Positions 13,400 to 24,670 of a stretch of DNA of 64,000 bases are shown one piece after another. The stretch lies in assembly GCA_043228905.1 (NCBI GenBank), contig JBHGNT010000014.1:5394001-5458000 (forward strand), read 5' to 3'. The notes under the pieces were generated by a model. The model ran no database searches. It was given only the letters and a program-made list of their open reading frames with translations, and was not told where the DNA came from. Source of the stretch: Azolla caroliniana (Eukaryota > Plantae > Polypodiophyta). Position 1 is the first letter of the stretch, and each line of letters begins with the position of its first letter. The translations under genes and the position numbers were made by a program.

Positions 13400-14788
13400 A
13401 GTAGTCCTTTTACGAGGGCATGAAGTCTACTCTACCGTAATGGGAAGGTTTGTGTTCCAGATTTACCCGAGGTCAAAAAGAGGATTCTTTTTGAATGCCA
13501 TGATGCACCCTTAGCAAGGCACCCTGGAATAAATGGTACACTCGTTCTCATCTCCACTCAATTTTATTGGCCTAAGATGCGTCGTGACATACATAGCTAT
13601 GTGACTAAATGTCACCAATGTCAGGTTAACAAAGCCGAGCGACTTAAAGCCGCAAGACTTTTACATCCCTTGGACATTCCCAATAATAAGTGGGAAAGTA
13701 TATCCATGGATTTTATTGTTAGCCTTCCTCGCACCCAAAAAGGCCATGATGCCATCTGGGTTGTGGTTGATCGACTAACTAAAATGGCCAGATTTATTGC
13801 TACTAAAACCACGGTAACAACTCCTGAATTGGCTTTCCAATTCGTGGACAAGTTATTTCGTTTTTATGGGTTACCGATGGATATCGTGAGTGATCGAGAT
13901 CCAAAATTTACTAGTGACTTCTGGACGCAAGTCTTTAAGAAGTTAGAAACTATGTTGAGCATGAGCTCCACGGATCATCCTCAATCTGATGGACAAACAG
14001 AACGAGTAAATCAAATTATTGAGGACATGCTTCGAGCATATGTTGGTATAAAACCAACAAAATGGGAACGTTACCTCCCAATTTTAGAGTTTGCTTATAA
14101 CAGCTCCAAGCATACGTTGACGGGATATAGTCCTTTTATGTTGATGTATGGTTTTCAGCCACGAGCCTCGATTGATGTTAATATACATCATGATGAGTTG
14201 CGAAGTACACAAAACTTTCTTCGGGATATGCAAGATATGTTGCATATTGCACGAGATAATATAAGAACAGCTCAAGATAGAGCGCGTTTTTATGCCGATC
14301 ATCGTAGGCAACCTCGTGTATTCAACCCTGGACTGAAGGTATTTTTACGTGTAGCTCACAATTCTAAGACATTGTCTACGGGTAAGTGCGCTAAGTTAGC
14401 CCCACGGTTTTGTGGACCTTTTACAGTCCTCAAATGCATTGGGTCATCAGCCTATCGTCTCGCTCTTCCCGATGGTGTTGAAATTCATCTAGTTTTTCAT
14501 GTGAGTCGTCTAAAAGAACTTCTAGGTTCTGGCGACAATACAGTTACAACTGAAACTTTGGTTACTTCTGAAGAATTATCTTCTAAACCACATGTACCAG
14601 AAAGAATTCTCGATGTTAAAACAAAAAAATTACGTACTAAAGAAATCCGAGAACTTAAAATAAAATGGATGGATAAATCAATAAAAGATGCCACATGGGA
14701 ACGCGAAAATACTCTCAAAACTAACTTCCCTAACTTTCCATTGCAAGAGTGCAATGTTTTAAAGAGGGGGAGTATGTTACGGGCATGA
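13400..14788 (+). pseudogene. pol: Chromovirus (Ty3/Gypsy) integrase with C-terminal chromodomain, element D, 5'-truncated
   Basis: ORF 13577-14788: CHQCQ zinc finger, ISMDFI, IVSDRD, SDGQTERVNQ, GPF motif, PERILD..KIKW..DATWE chromodomain; PPT AAAGAGGGGGAG at 14761-14772. Confidence 0.92.
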
Positions 14789-15193
14789 CCATATAATATC
14801 CCGTGGTGAGAATTTACCGGAGTATTCTATACACGTGGATAAGTGTGAGGGTTAAATGAGAGTGTAAAGAAGGGGAAGATTACTTTTAATCCTTGGGATT
14901 GAGACAACCCATTAGGCCAAGTGTGAACTTGCCTGGGGGCCTTGGGTATCACTATAAATAAGAGGCCTAGCTACCCTCATTGGATCATCTTGTTGACTAT
15001 GTGGAGACTCTGTCTTGTGGTGGGTCAACTCTTGTAGGGGCGCCAACACCAGGTACGACTCGACGCCATGGCGGTGGTATGGGACGCCGATCAAGGCTCG
15101 AGTCTGTCTTGATCCCTTCGCTCGGGGGTGGTCGGGCGGATCAACACCCTTCTCTCTCTCTCTCTCTCCTTTCTATCGATTGATCTATATTCT
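14775..15193 (+). repeat. Chromovirus D 3' LTR, left part (continues at 32408-32450 after the Sola insertion)
   Basis: Starts TGTTACGGGCATGACC after the PPT; remainder ends GTCTCTAACA at 32450. Confidence 0.92.
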
Positions 15194-15563
15194 GGGTGAA
15201 AGCATGAGAGTGGAAACAATTAGCTATGTCCTTGACATAGCTAATTAGCTATGCAAAATGCTACGATTGATAAATAGTCATTTTAGTAAAAAGCGATCAT
15301 TAATAAATTAACTATGCGAAAAACTACCATTGAAAATACTAGAGTGTTTTAATTACATATGTAAATGAGTGCCATAAATGTGCAACATAAACGCACAACA
15401 TAAATTGATATGTGCACCATAAATGTGTACCATAAATTATATATCGAATTCCTAGGTCCATTATGCATGATTCTTTGCCACATCACGTAGGCCATCTCTA
15501 GTTGAGTATTGTGGGTTAGTTGCTACCACTGTTGCTAAACCCTATCGAGTCCACCTGCCGTGA

Positions 15564-15918
15564 CTCTACACTCAGGGGCCGCTACCGTGCGTTCCAAGCA
15601 TCATCAAAGAGCTGTTCAATCTGATGGGGTTCTCTTCTCTGTGCCACTCTACACTCAGGGGCCGCTACTGTGCGTTCCAAGCATCATCGGTAACTGTTCA
15701 ATCTGATGGGGTTCTCTTCTCTGTGCAACTCTACACTCAGGGGTCGCTACTGTGCGTTCCAAGCATCATCGGTAACTATTCAATCTGACGGGGTTCTCTT
15801 CTCTGTGCTACTCTACACTCAGGGGCCGCTACTGTGAGTTCCAAGCATCATCGGTAACTGTTCAATCTGACGGGGTTCTCTTCTCTGTGCCACTCTACAC
15901 TCAGGGGCCACTACTGTG
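15564..15918. repeat. 82-bp tandem repeat (4+ copies, degenerate copies to ~16240) in the left subterminal region of Sola
   Basis: Unit CTCTACACTCAGGGGCCGCTACTGTGCGTTCCAAGCATCATCGG... starts at 15564, 15647, 15729, 15811, 15893. Confidence 0.93.
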
Positions 15919-17189
15919 AAGGTCGTGTATTGCTGCCACTTTTTGACCCGACGGCGTTAACAACTCCACTGCCGCCATTCTACTCTCAGGTGCCTTCTCT
16001 GTGTGTTCCAAGCATCATCGGTAACTGTTCAATCTGATGGGGTTCTCTCCTCCATTGCCATCATTCTACACTCAGTTGCCGCTACTGTCCAGTCCTGGAT
16101 TGCTTCCACATTTCGATTTGACGGAGTTCACTCATCCAACGGCAACATTCTACACTCAGTTCTCGCCATTGGTCGGTCCTGGATCGCCTCCTCAACTGTT
16201 CGATCCAACGGAGTGAACTCCTCTACTGTTCGGTCTTGGATTGCAATAACTTTTCTGTCTATTGATTATCTTGTGTATTGTTGTGTCTAATCTTGTGTAT
16301 TGTGGAATATTTTTGTGTATTGTTGTTGCCCATAGCCATCTTAAATACTTGTTTTTTTTTCTGGAAATTTAGGGTTTTAATATGTCCAACCAAATGGAAG
16401 GGGAAGAAGGGTGTTTAGAATTACCCCTCAATGATCATAAGGATAGGGATGATGCTATCAAGACACAACAAGCCATACGAAACTATTGGGTAGAAAAAAA
16501 AGGAAACATCGTCAATTGTTGAAGGATACGAAAGCCACACTCAATAAAGGTAAGGATAGTTTAGATGAGAATGTAAGTAATGCGACTACCATCATAGAGA
16601 GAAAGGTTGTAGACTATTTCAATGTTCAAACCAAGCACATCAGCAATGAAGAAAAGAAGGTAGTACTTTATGGAATATGTAATGATCCATCGATAAAGGA
16701 CTTAGTTGATTGTGATGGTCTTAATGCAAACATATCATCTATTTTAGTAAATAATCTTCGTAATAGTTTCGTATCCATGAGCAGGTCAGAAGATGATATT
16801 GTCTTAAAAAGGTCTAGTCTAATGATGTTACTTAATAGTGATGTTGACGATATAAACATCAGTGAGCTATCTAAGGTAATTGGTGTTAGTAGAAAAACAG
16901 TGTACAATACAATGAACCGTATAATTTCCTCGGGTGAAGGAACTAGTCTACTAAAGCTAACTACAAGATGTAAGCCAATGACAGCCATAACATTTGAAAT
17001 CAAGGATGTAATCACAATGTTTTGGACTAATGAGAGTAGGGTTTCACACAATAAAAAGGATTTATGCAGGAAACGTGTTGGAAGAAATCAATACGAGGAG
17101 CATCCCATTCATCTTCTTGATGTACCTCAGGTATTTACATTTATCTCAACATTTGTTTTGACTCTACACGGAAAGTTAATTAGCTCAGT

Positions 17190-17778
17190 TAGCATAAAAG
17201 CTAATTAGCTTATCAGTTACATTTACCTCAGTTAGCTACTAGGATAGCTACTACATAGGTAACTGGCTACTCTCAATAGCTACTCCCATGATAGCTAATT
17301 AGCTATTCTCAATAGCTAATTTAGTTACTACCAGATAATTAGCTACCAAAATAGCTAACTAGCTACCATGATAGCTAATTAGCTATTCTCAATAGCTAAT
17401 TTAGTTATTACCAGATAATTAGCTACCAGAATAGCTAATTAGCTTTTAGGACAGCTAATTAGCTATTAGAATAGGGTTTTACCTACCATGATAGCTAAAT
17501 AGCTATTGGAATAGGTAATTAGAATAGGTAATTAGAATAGGTAATTAGAATAGGTAATTAGAATAGGTAATCAGAATAGGTAATTAGCTAATTAGCTATT
17601 AGAATAGGTAATTAGCTACCATGATAGCTAATTAGATACTATGATAGTTAGCTACTCTAGTTATTACCAACTAATTAGCTACTAGGAAAGCTAATTAGCT
17701 ACCATGATAGCTAATTAGGTACTAGGACAACTACTATGATACCATGATAGGTAATTAGCTACTAGAACAACTAATTAG
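17190..17778. repeat. Array of the palindrome TAGCTAATTAGCTA (transposase intron, left part)
   Basis: Many copies of (T)AGCTAATTAGCT(A) with short spacers, plus a 13-bp AGAATAGGTAATT sub-repeat. Confidence 0.95.
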
Positions 17779-18222
17779 TGTTAGGAAACAGGTCCCTCCG
17801 GATGGGAAGGGAGAAGAACAGTGCTGATGAGCAAACTCGGCCGAGGCCGAAACCGGATGAGGAGTACCCGGATACGGAGAGCCGGATGGTGCAGACCCGG
17901 TGAGAGCCGGATGAGGAGTACCCGGATACGGAGAGCCGGATGGTGCAGACCCGGTGAGAACCGAATGAGGAGTACCCGGAAATGGAAGACCCGGTGAGAA
18001 CCGGATGGCAAGTACCCGGCAAGCGCTGGATGATGCAGGCCCGGTGAGGAGTGCTCACCGGATGAAGAGGCATATTCGTAAATATGTTTCTGAGAGTCTA
18101 TTGAGGCTATATTTGTAAATAGTCGAAAAGTCATATTAGTATAAATATGACTTAGGGCAAACTTATTGTAGTAGTGGTTGTCATTCTTGTTGGTGCAAGA
18201 AGAGAGAGCGCGTAACAGTGTA

Positions 18223-18263
<41 letters not shown>

Positions 18264-18564
18264 AGAGTTCGCATCTCTATTGTAACCGCCGACTGTGGCG
18301 AAGATAGCAAGCTCGAGGTTGTTGCCTTGGTGCTCCACCATTGTACATTCTTATATAGTGATAGTTTGGAGTCTGTGGACTCCCGTGGTTTTTCCCTCTC
18401 AGGGTTTTCCACGTTAAACATCCTGTGTACTCCTCTCTCCTTTAAGTCGTGTGTTTCATTTCCCGTTTTTTGTGTATGAGTCTAAGCTCGGCTGTGGCCG
18501 AGCGTTGCGCATAGGGAGCATGTAGTTCCCGTCAAATTGGTATCAGAGCGAAACGACACAGAAA

Positions 18565-21500
18565 ATGGACGAATCGTTGGGCGGCATGTTCAAGCTCACC
18601 GGCTCCAACTATTCAGTGTGGAAGTCGAAGATGAGGGACATGCTCGTGGTTAAAGATCTTTGGTTGTTGGTTCAGTTTGGGGACAAGAAACCGGACAAAA
18701 TCGACGCCACGATATGGGAGGTGATGCACATGAAGATAACGGTGTACATACGGTGCTTCATCGACATGAGCCTATACAACAACTTCAATGAAGAGAGCAA
18801 GGCTCATGAGCTCTAGGAGAAGATCGGCATTATGTTTCAGAACAAAAATGTTGTTAATCAGGTTTCGGTATTCCGGAATCTAGTAAGACTCCGGTACCAA
18901 GATGGCTCCAACATGGCGGAGCACATGAATGCCTTCCAGGGGCTGATACACCAGGCAACATCATTGGAAGTACCTCTCGCCGATGACGTACTAGCACTAC
19001 TCCTGATCGGTTCCCTCCCGGATCGCTGGGAGACGTTGGTTGTCACTTTGGGCAACGCCGGGTCGGAAGGAAAACGGTTATCCCTAGCAAGAGTGAAGTC
19101 GAGCTTCCTAGATGAGAAGACGCGTCGGAAAGATAAGAATACAAGCTCCGACTCCAAAGCGCCCCTTACCGAATTGGAATGCGGAAGACATAGAAACCGT
19201 AGTCCCCAGAACCGGGAAAAGTCGGGGACACGGTCAAAGTCAAGGGGGAGGCCTACTTGCTTCTATTGTGGCAAGCTGGGACACTTCCAGAAGAACTGTC
19301 GGCATTTCCGAAAAGACAAGGAAACCAACGGTACCAATTCGAAGCGGACACCAGACCGGAACGGTAAAGACCGGAGGGGGCCAGATCGGAAGGGAACGAC
19401 GGCAATCGCGGCAAGTGAAGAAGAGTTGATGCTCATCACCGAGGAGAGTGAGATAAACCTTGCCGATGACGAGATGACCTGGGTGGTCGACTCCGGAGCG
19501 TCGTTCCACCTTACCCCGGACCGTAAATACTTCTCATCCTACACAACCAGTGATCATGGTTGTGTCCGGATGGGGAATGAAGGTACATGCCGAAAGTCAA
19601 GGGGGAGGCCTACCTGCTTCTATTGTGGCAAGCCGGGACACTTCCAGAAGAATTGTCGGCACTTCCGAAAAGACAAGGAAACCGATGGTACCGATTCGAA
19701 GCGGACACCGGACCGGAACGGTAAAGACCGGAGGGGGCTGGACCGGAAGGGAATGACGGCAATCGCGGTAAGTGAAGAAGAGTTGATGCTCATCACCGAG
19801 GAGAGTGAGCTAAACCTAGCCAGCAACGAGATGACCTAGGTGGTTGACTCCGGAGTGTCATTCCACCTTACCCCGGACTGGAAATGCTTCTCATTCTACT
19901 CAGCCGGTGATCACGACTGTGTTCGGATGGGGAATGAAGGCACATGCCGAATTGTCAGCAGAGGAGACGTGTGGTTGACAACACCAACCAGATGCAAGTT
20001 GCTGCTAAAGGATGTCCGACACGTTCCGGAGGTTCGCCTGAACCTGATATCAGCCGATGGGCTAGATGAAGAGGGCTACACGGGTAGCATCCGGAATGGA
20101 GTCATGAAGTTCAGCAAAGGGAGCCTGATCGTGGCTCGGGCCCAGAAGGTCAATACGTTGTACCTGATGAATGCCTAGTTATGTCCGGAGGAAGTGAACG
20201 TGGCATTCGACACTGCCGGTGAGCTGTGGCAGAAGAGGCTGTGTCACATGAGCGAGAAGGGGATGAAGAGGCTTGCTGACGACAACCTCATTCCAGTGAA
20301 GAATGTGCACTTGGAGAAGTGCAATGATTTTCTAGCCGGTAAACAAAACCGAACCTCCTTCCGATCAAGGCCACCAATGAGACGTAATGCGCCACTGGAG
20401 TTGGTGCATACAGATGTATGTCAAGTGGATACGAAGTCACATGCCGGATCACAGTACTTCGTGACGTTCATAGGTGACCACAACCGGAAGCTGTGGGCCA
20501 CACCGTTGAAGACGAAGGATCAGGTGCTATCTGTTTTCAAAGAGCTCCACGCGAGAGTGGAAAGAAAACCGATTGGAAGCTGAAGGCGGTTCGAGCAGAT
20601 AACGGAGGTGAATACTGTGGGCAGTTCAAGGAGTACTGTCGCTCGAAGGGAATCCGGCTCGAATTTACCATGCCGAAGATGCCGGAACTAAACGGGCTGG
20701 CCGAGAGGATGAACCGGACCATAATGGAGAGGGTCCAGAGTATGCTGGCACATGCAAAACTACCCAAGAAGTTTTGGGCTGAGGTGCTGTCGACGGCGAC
20801 ATATGTGATAAACAGATCACCTTCAGTACCCTTGGATGGAGACACGCCACAGAGAGTCTGGACCGGTAAGGAAGTGTCCTACCGGCATCTGAAAGTATTT
20901 GGGTGTCTTGCGTATGTGCATGTAGCTAAGGGCCGGAGAGGAAAACTAGATCCGAAGACCCGACCATGCATATTCCTCGGTTACGGCGACGATGAGTTCG
21001 GCTACCGAGTGTTGGACTTGGTCGACAAGAAGGTATTCCGGAGTCGAGATATTATCTTCATGGAGGACAAGACGCTCGCCGACTGGGAGTCAGAGAAGAA
21101 GATAATGAACTCCGAGTTGACCGGTAAGGATCGACTCTATGATGAGCAGACCCAACCGGCAAGAGACAGGTTAGCACTCGAGGGACCAACTGGTTACGGT
21201 GAGGATACCGAACAGGCTGAAGAAGAAGTAGAGGAAGCTGAAACCGGAATCGGCCAAGACCCCGAATCGGATTCGGATGAAGAGCAAATGGAGGAGCCGG
21301 TTACCGAAGCCCGAAGATGGAGATATCCTCTCAGAGAGAGAAGGCCCCCCCCGGAGATTTCCGGATGGAGAGCATGTTTTGTTGACCGATGAGGGGGAGC
21401 CGGAAAGCTTCGAAGAAGCGAAGGATGACACCCACATCCGCAAATGGTGGATTCCCTGCATGAGAACCATACGTACGAATTGGTGGAGTTGCCGAAAGGA

Positions 21501-22940
21501 AAGCGGGCACTCCGAAACAAGTGGATGTACAAGTTGAAATCGGGAGATGCTGGCAACCCCCCGAGATACAAAGCCAGGATTGTGGTGAAGGGGTTCTAGC
21601 AGAAGAAGGGAGTGGACTTTGACGAGATATTTGGCCCGGTAGTAAAGATGACCTCCATCCGAACGGTGCTGAGTATAGCGGCAAGCATGGACCTCGAGGT
21701 AGAGCAGCTGGACGTGAAGACGACATTCCTTTACGGTGACCTCGAAGAGGAGATCTACATGCAACAACCGGAAGGATTCGTTGAGAAAGGGAAGGAGCAC
21801 TTGGTTTGCCGGTTGAAGAAGAGCCTGTACGGACTGAAGCAGGCTCCCCGACAATGGTACCGGAAGTTCAACTCCTTCATGACCAATCAAGGGTACCACA
21901 AGACGCAGGCCGATCACTGTGTGTTTGTGAAGAAGTTCGAGGGAGGTGACTTCCTGATATTCCTTCTGTACGTGGACGACATGTTGATCGTCGGACGGGA
22001 CCAAGCTAGAATCCGGATGTTGAAGAAGGCTCTCAACCAGACCTTCTCAATGAAAGACTTGGGTCCGTCAAGACAGATGTTGGGGATGCATATCATCCGG
22101 AACCGGACAATGAAGCAATTGTGGTTGTCACAGGAGAAATACGTGACAAAGGTGCTTCAGCGGTTCAACATATCAGATGCGAAACCGGTCGGATCGACAC
22201 TTCCGGCAAACTGTAGGTTATCCGGTAAACAAAGACCGAAGACGAAAGCAGAGAAGGCGGATATGATGAAGATTCCATATGCCTCTGCCGTCGAGAGCTT
22301 AATGTACGCAATGGTGTGTACCCAACCGGATATAGGATACGTAGTCGGAGTGGTGAGCCGGTTCATGAGCAATCCCGGCAAGGAGCATTGGAACGCGGTC
22401 AAATGGATACTCCGGTACTTGAAGGGCACTTCGCATATGTGTCTCCGATTCGGCTCCGGAAAACCTCAACTTGACGGTTTTACGGATTTGGATATGTCGG
22501 CTGATGTGGATACCAGCCGGTTGTGGGTATGTAATGACATATGCAGGGTGAGTTGTTTCATGGCAGTCGAGGCTGCAGAAGACGATTGCGTTGTCAACCA
22601 CGGAGGCGGAGTACATGGCGGCTGTGGAAGTCGGCAAGGAAATATTATGGATGAAGGACTTTATCGGAGAGCTCGGTATCCGGCAAGATGAATACCGACT
22701 CTATTGCGACAGTCAAAGTGCCATCCACCTTGCTAAGAATGCGGCCTACCATTCCCGGACGAAGCATATTCAGTGAAGGTATCACTAGATCCGGGAAATA
22801 GTAGATGACTAGGAGTTCGCGCTGACGAAGATCCACACGGTCGAGAATGGGTTAGATATGCTGACCAAAGTACTGATACCTGACAAGCTGGATGCATGCC
22901 GGAAGCGAGTCGGACTAGTAAGACATCCCATGCCAGAGTG
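18565..22940 (+). pseudogene. gag-pol: Copia E gag-pol (multiple stops and frameshifts, internal 357-bp duplication)
   Basis: Two CCHC knuckles, WVVDSG, ELVHTDVC, RADNGGEY, LYVDDM, YCDSQSAIHL. Confidence 0.92.
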
Positions 22941-23100
22941 AAGGGGGAGTTTGTTAGGAAATAGGTCCCTCCGGATGGGAAGGGAGAAGAACAGTGCTGA
23001 TGAGCAAACTCGGCCGAGGCCGAAACCGGATGAGGAGTACCCGGCTACGGAGAGATGGATGGTGCAGACCCGGTGAGACCCGGTGAGACCCGGTGAGACC

Positions 23101-23460
23101 AATGATAGCTAATTAGCTATTCTCAATAGCTAATTTAGTTATTACCAGATAATTAGCTACAAGAATAGCTAATTAGCTTTTAGGACAGCTAATTAGCTAT
23201 TAGAATAGGGTTTTACCTACCATGATAGCTAAATAGCTACTAGAATAGGTAATTAGAATAGGTAATTAGCTAATTAGCTATTAGAATAGGTAATTAGCTA
23301 CCATGATAGCTAATTAGATACTATGATAGTTAGCTACTCGAGTTATTACCAACTAATTAGCTACTAGAAAAGCTAATTAGCTACCATGATAGCTAATTAG
23401 GTACTAGGACAACTACTATGATACCATGATAGGTAATTAGATACTAGAACAACTAATTAG
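23101..23460. repeat. Duplicated copy of the palindrome-array flank (copy of ~17368-17778)
   Basis: Colinear with 17368-17778 and ends in the same junction CAACTAATTAG|TGTTAGGAAAC. Confidence 0.9.
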
Positions 23461-23956
23461 TGTTAGGAAACAGGTCCCTCCGGATGGGAAGGGAGAAGAA
23501 CAGTGCTGATGAGCAAACTCGGCCGAGGCCGAAACCGGATGAGGAGTACCCGGATACGGAGAGCCGGATGGTGCAGACCCGGTGAGAGCCGGATGAGGAG
23601 TACCCGGTTACGGAGAGCCGGATGGTGCAGACCCGGTGAGAACCGGATGAGGAGTACCCGGATATGGAGAGCCGGATGGTGCAGACCCGGTGAGAACCGG
23701 ATGAGGAGTACCCGGAAATGGAAGACCCGGTGAGAACCGGATGGCAAGTACCCGGCAAGTGCCGGATGATGCAGGCCCGGTGAGGAGTGCTCACCAGATG
23801 AAGAGACATATTCGTAAATATGTTTCTGAGAGTCCATCGAGGCTATATTTGTAAATAGCCGAAAAGTCATATTAGTATAAATATGACTTAGGGCAAACTT
23901 ATTGTAGTAGTGGTTGTCATTCTTGTTGGTGCAAGAAGAGAGAGCGTGTAACAGTG

Positions 23957-23998
<42 letters not shown>

Positions 23999-24270
23999 CG
24001 AAGAGTTCGCATCTCTATTGTAACCGCCGACTGTGGCGAAGATAGCAAGCTCGAGGTTGTTGCCTCGGTGCTCCACCATTGTACATTCTTATATAGTGAT
24101 AGTTTGGAGTCTGTGGACTCTCGTGGTTTTTCCCTCTCAGAGTTTTCCACGTTAAACATCCTATGTACTCCTCTCTCCTTTGAGTCGTGTGTTTCATTTC
24201 CCGTTTTGTGTATGAGTCTAAGCTCGGTTGTGGCCGAGCGTTGCGCATAGGGAGTGTGTAGTTCCCGTCA

Positions 24271-24670
24271 ATTAGCTACGAGGACAACTAATTAGCTACT
24301 AGGATAGCTAATTTCGTTATTACCAACTAATTAGCTACTAGGAAAGCTAATTAGCTATCATGATAGCTAATTAGCTACTAGGACAACTAATTTGCCACCA
24401 TGATAGCTAATTAGCTACTAGACCAGCTAATTAGCTACCATGATAGCTAATTAGCTACTAGGAAAGCTATTTAGCTACCATGATAGCTAATTAGCTTAGG
24501 ATAGCTAATTAGCTACCATAATAGCTAATTAGCTACTAGGACAACTAATTAGCTACTAGACCAGCTAATAAGCTAGTAGAACAGCTAATTAGCTACTAGA
24601 ATAGCTAATTAGCTACTAGAATAGCTAATTAGCTACTAGGATAGTTAGCTAGTTACGAGAATAACTAATT
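24271..24670. repeat. TAGCTAATTAGCTA palindrome array (transposase intron, right part)
   Basis: About 20-bp periodic units such as CCATGATAGCTAATTAGCTACTAGGA, running up to the splice acceptor. Confidence 0.95.

Larger units (their letters stand above)
17779..24270 (+). mobile_element. Copia element E with a rearranged 3' end, inserted in the Sola transposase intron
   Basis: 5' LTR 17779-18534; PBS 18538-18549; degenerate gag-pol 18565-22940; PPT before 22952; truncated LTR 22952-23100; complete LTR 23461-24270; TSD ATTAG (17774-17778, 24271-24275). Confidence 0.93.

Noticed and set aside
18538-18549. tRNA gene
   Set aside because: Only a 12-nt PBS complementary to the tRNA-Met 3' end; no cloverleaf
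17190-24670. Palindromic arrays as CRISPR or attC-type cassette arrays
   Set aside because: Spacers are only a few nt and are themselves repetitive; the context is a eukaryotic intron
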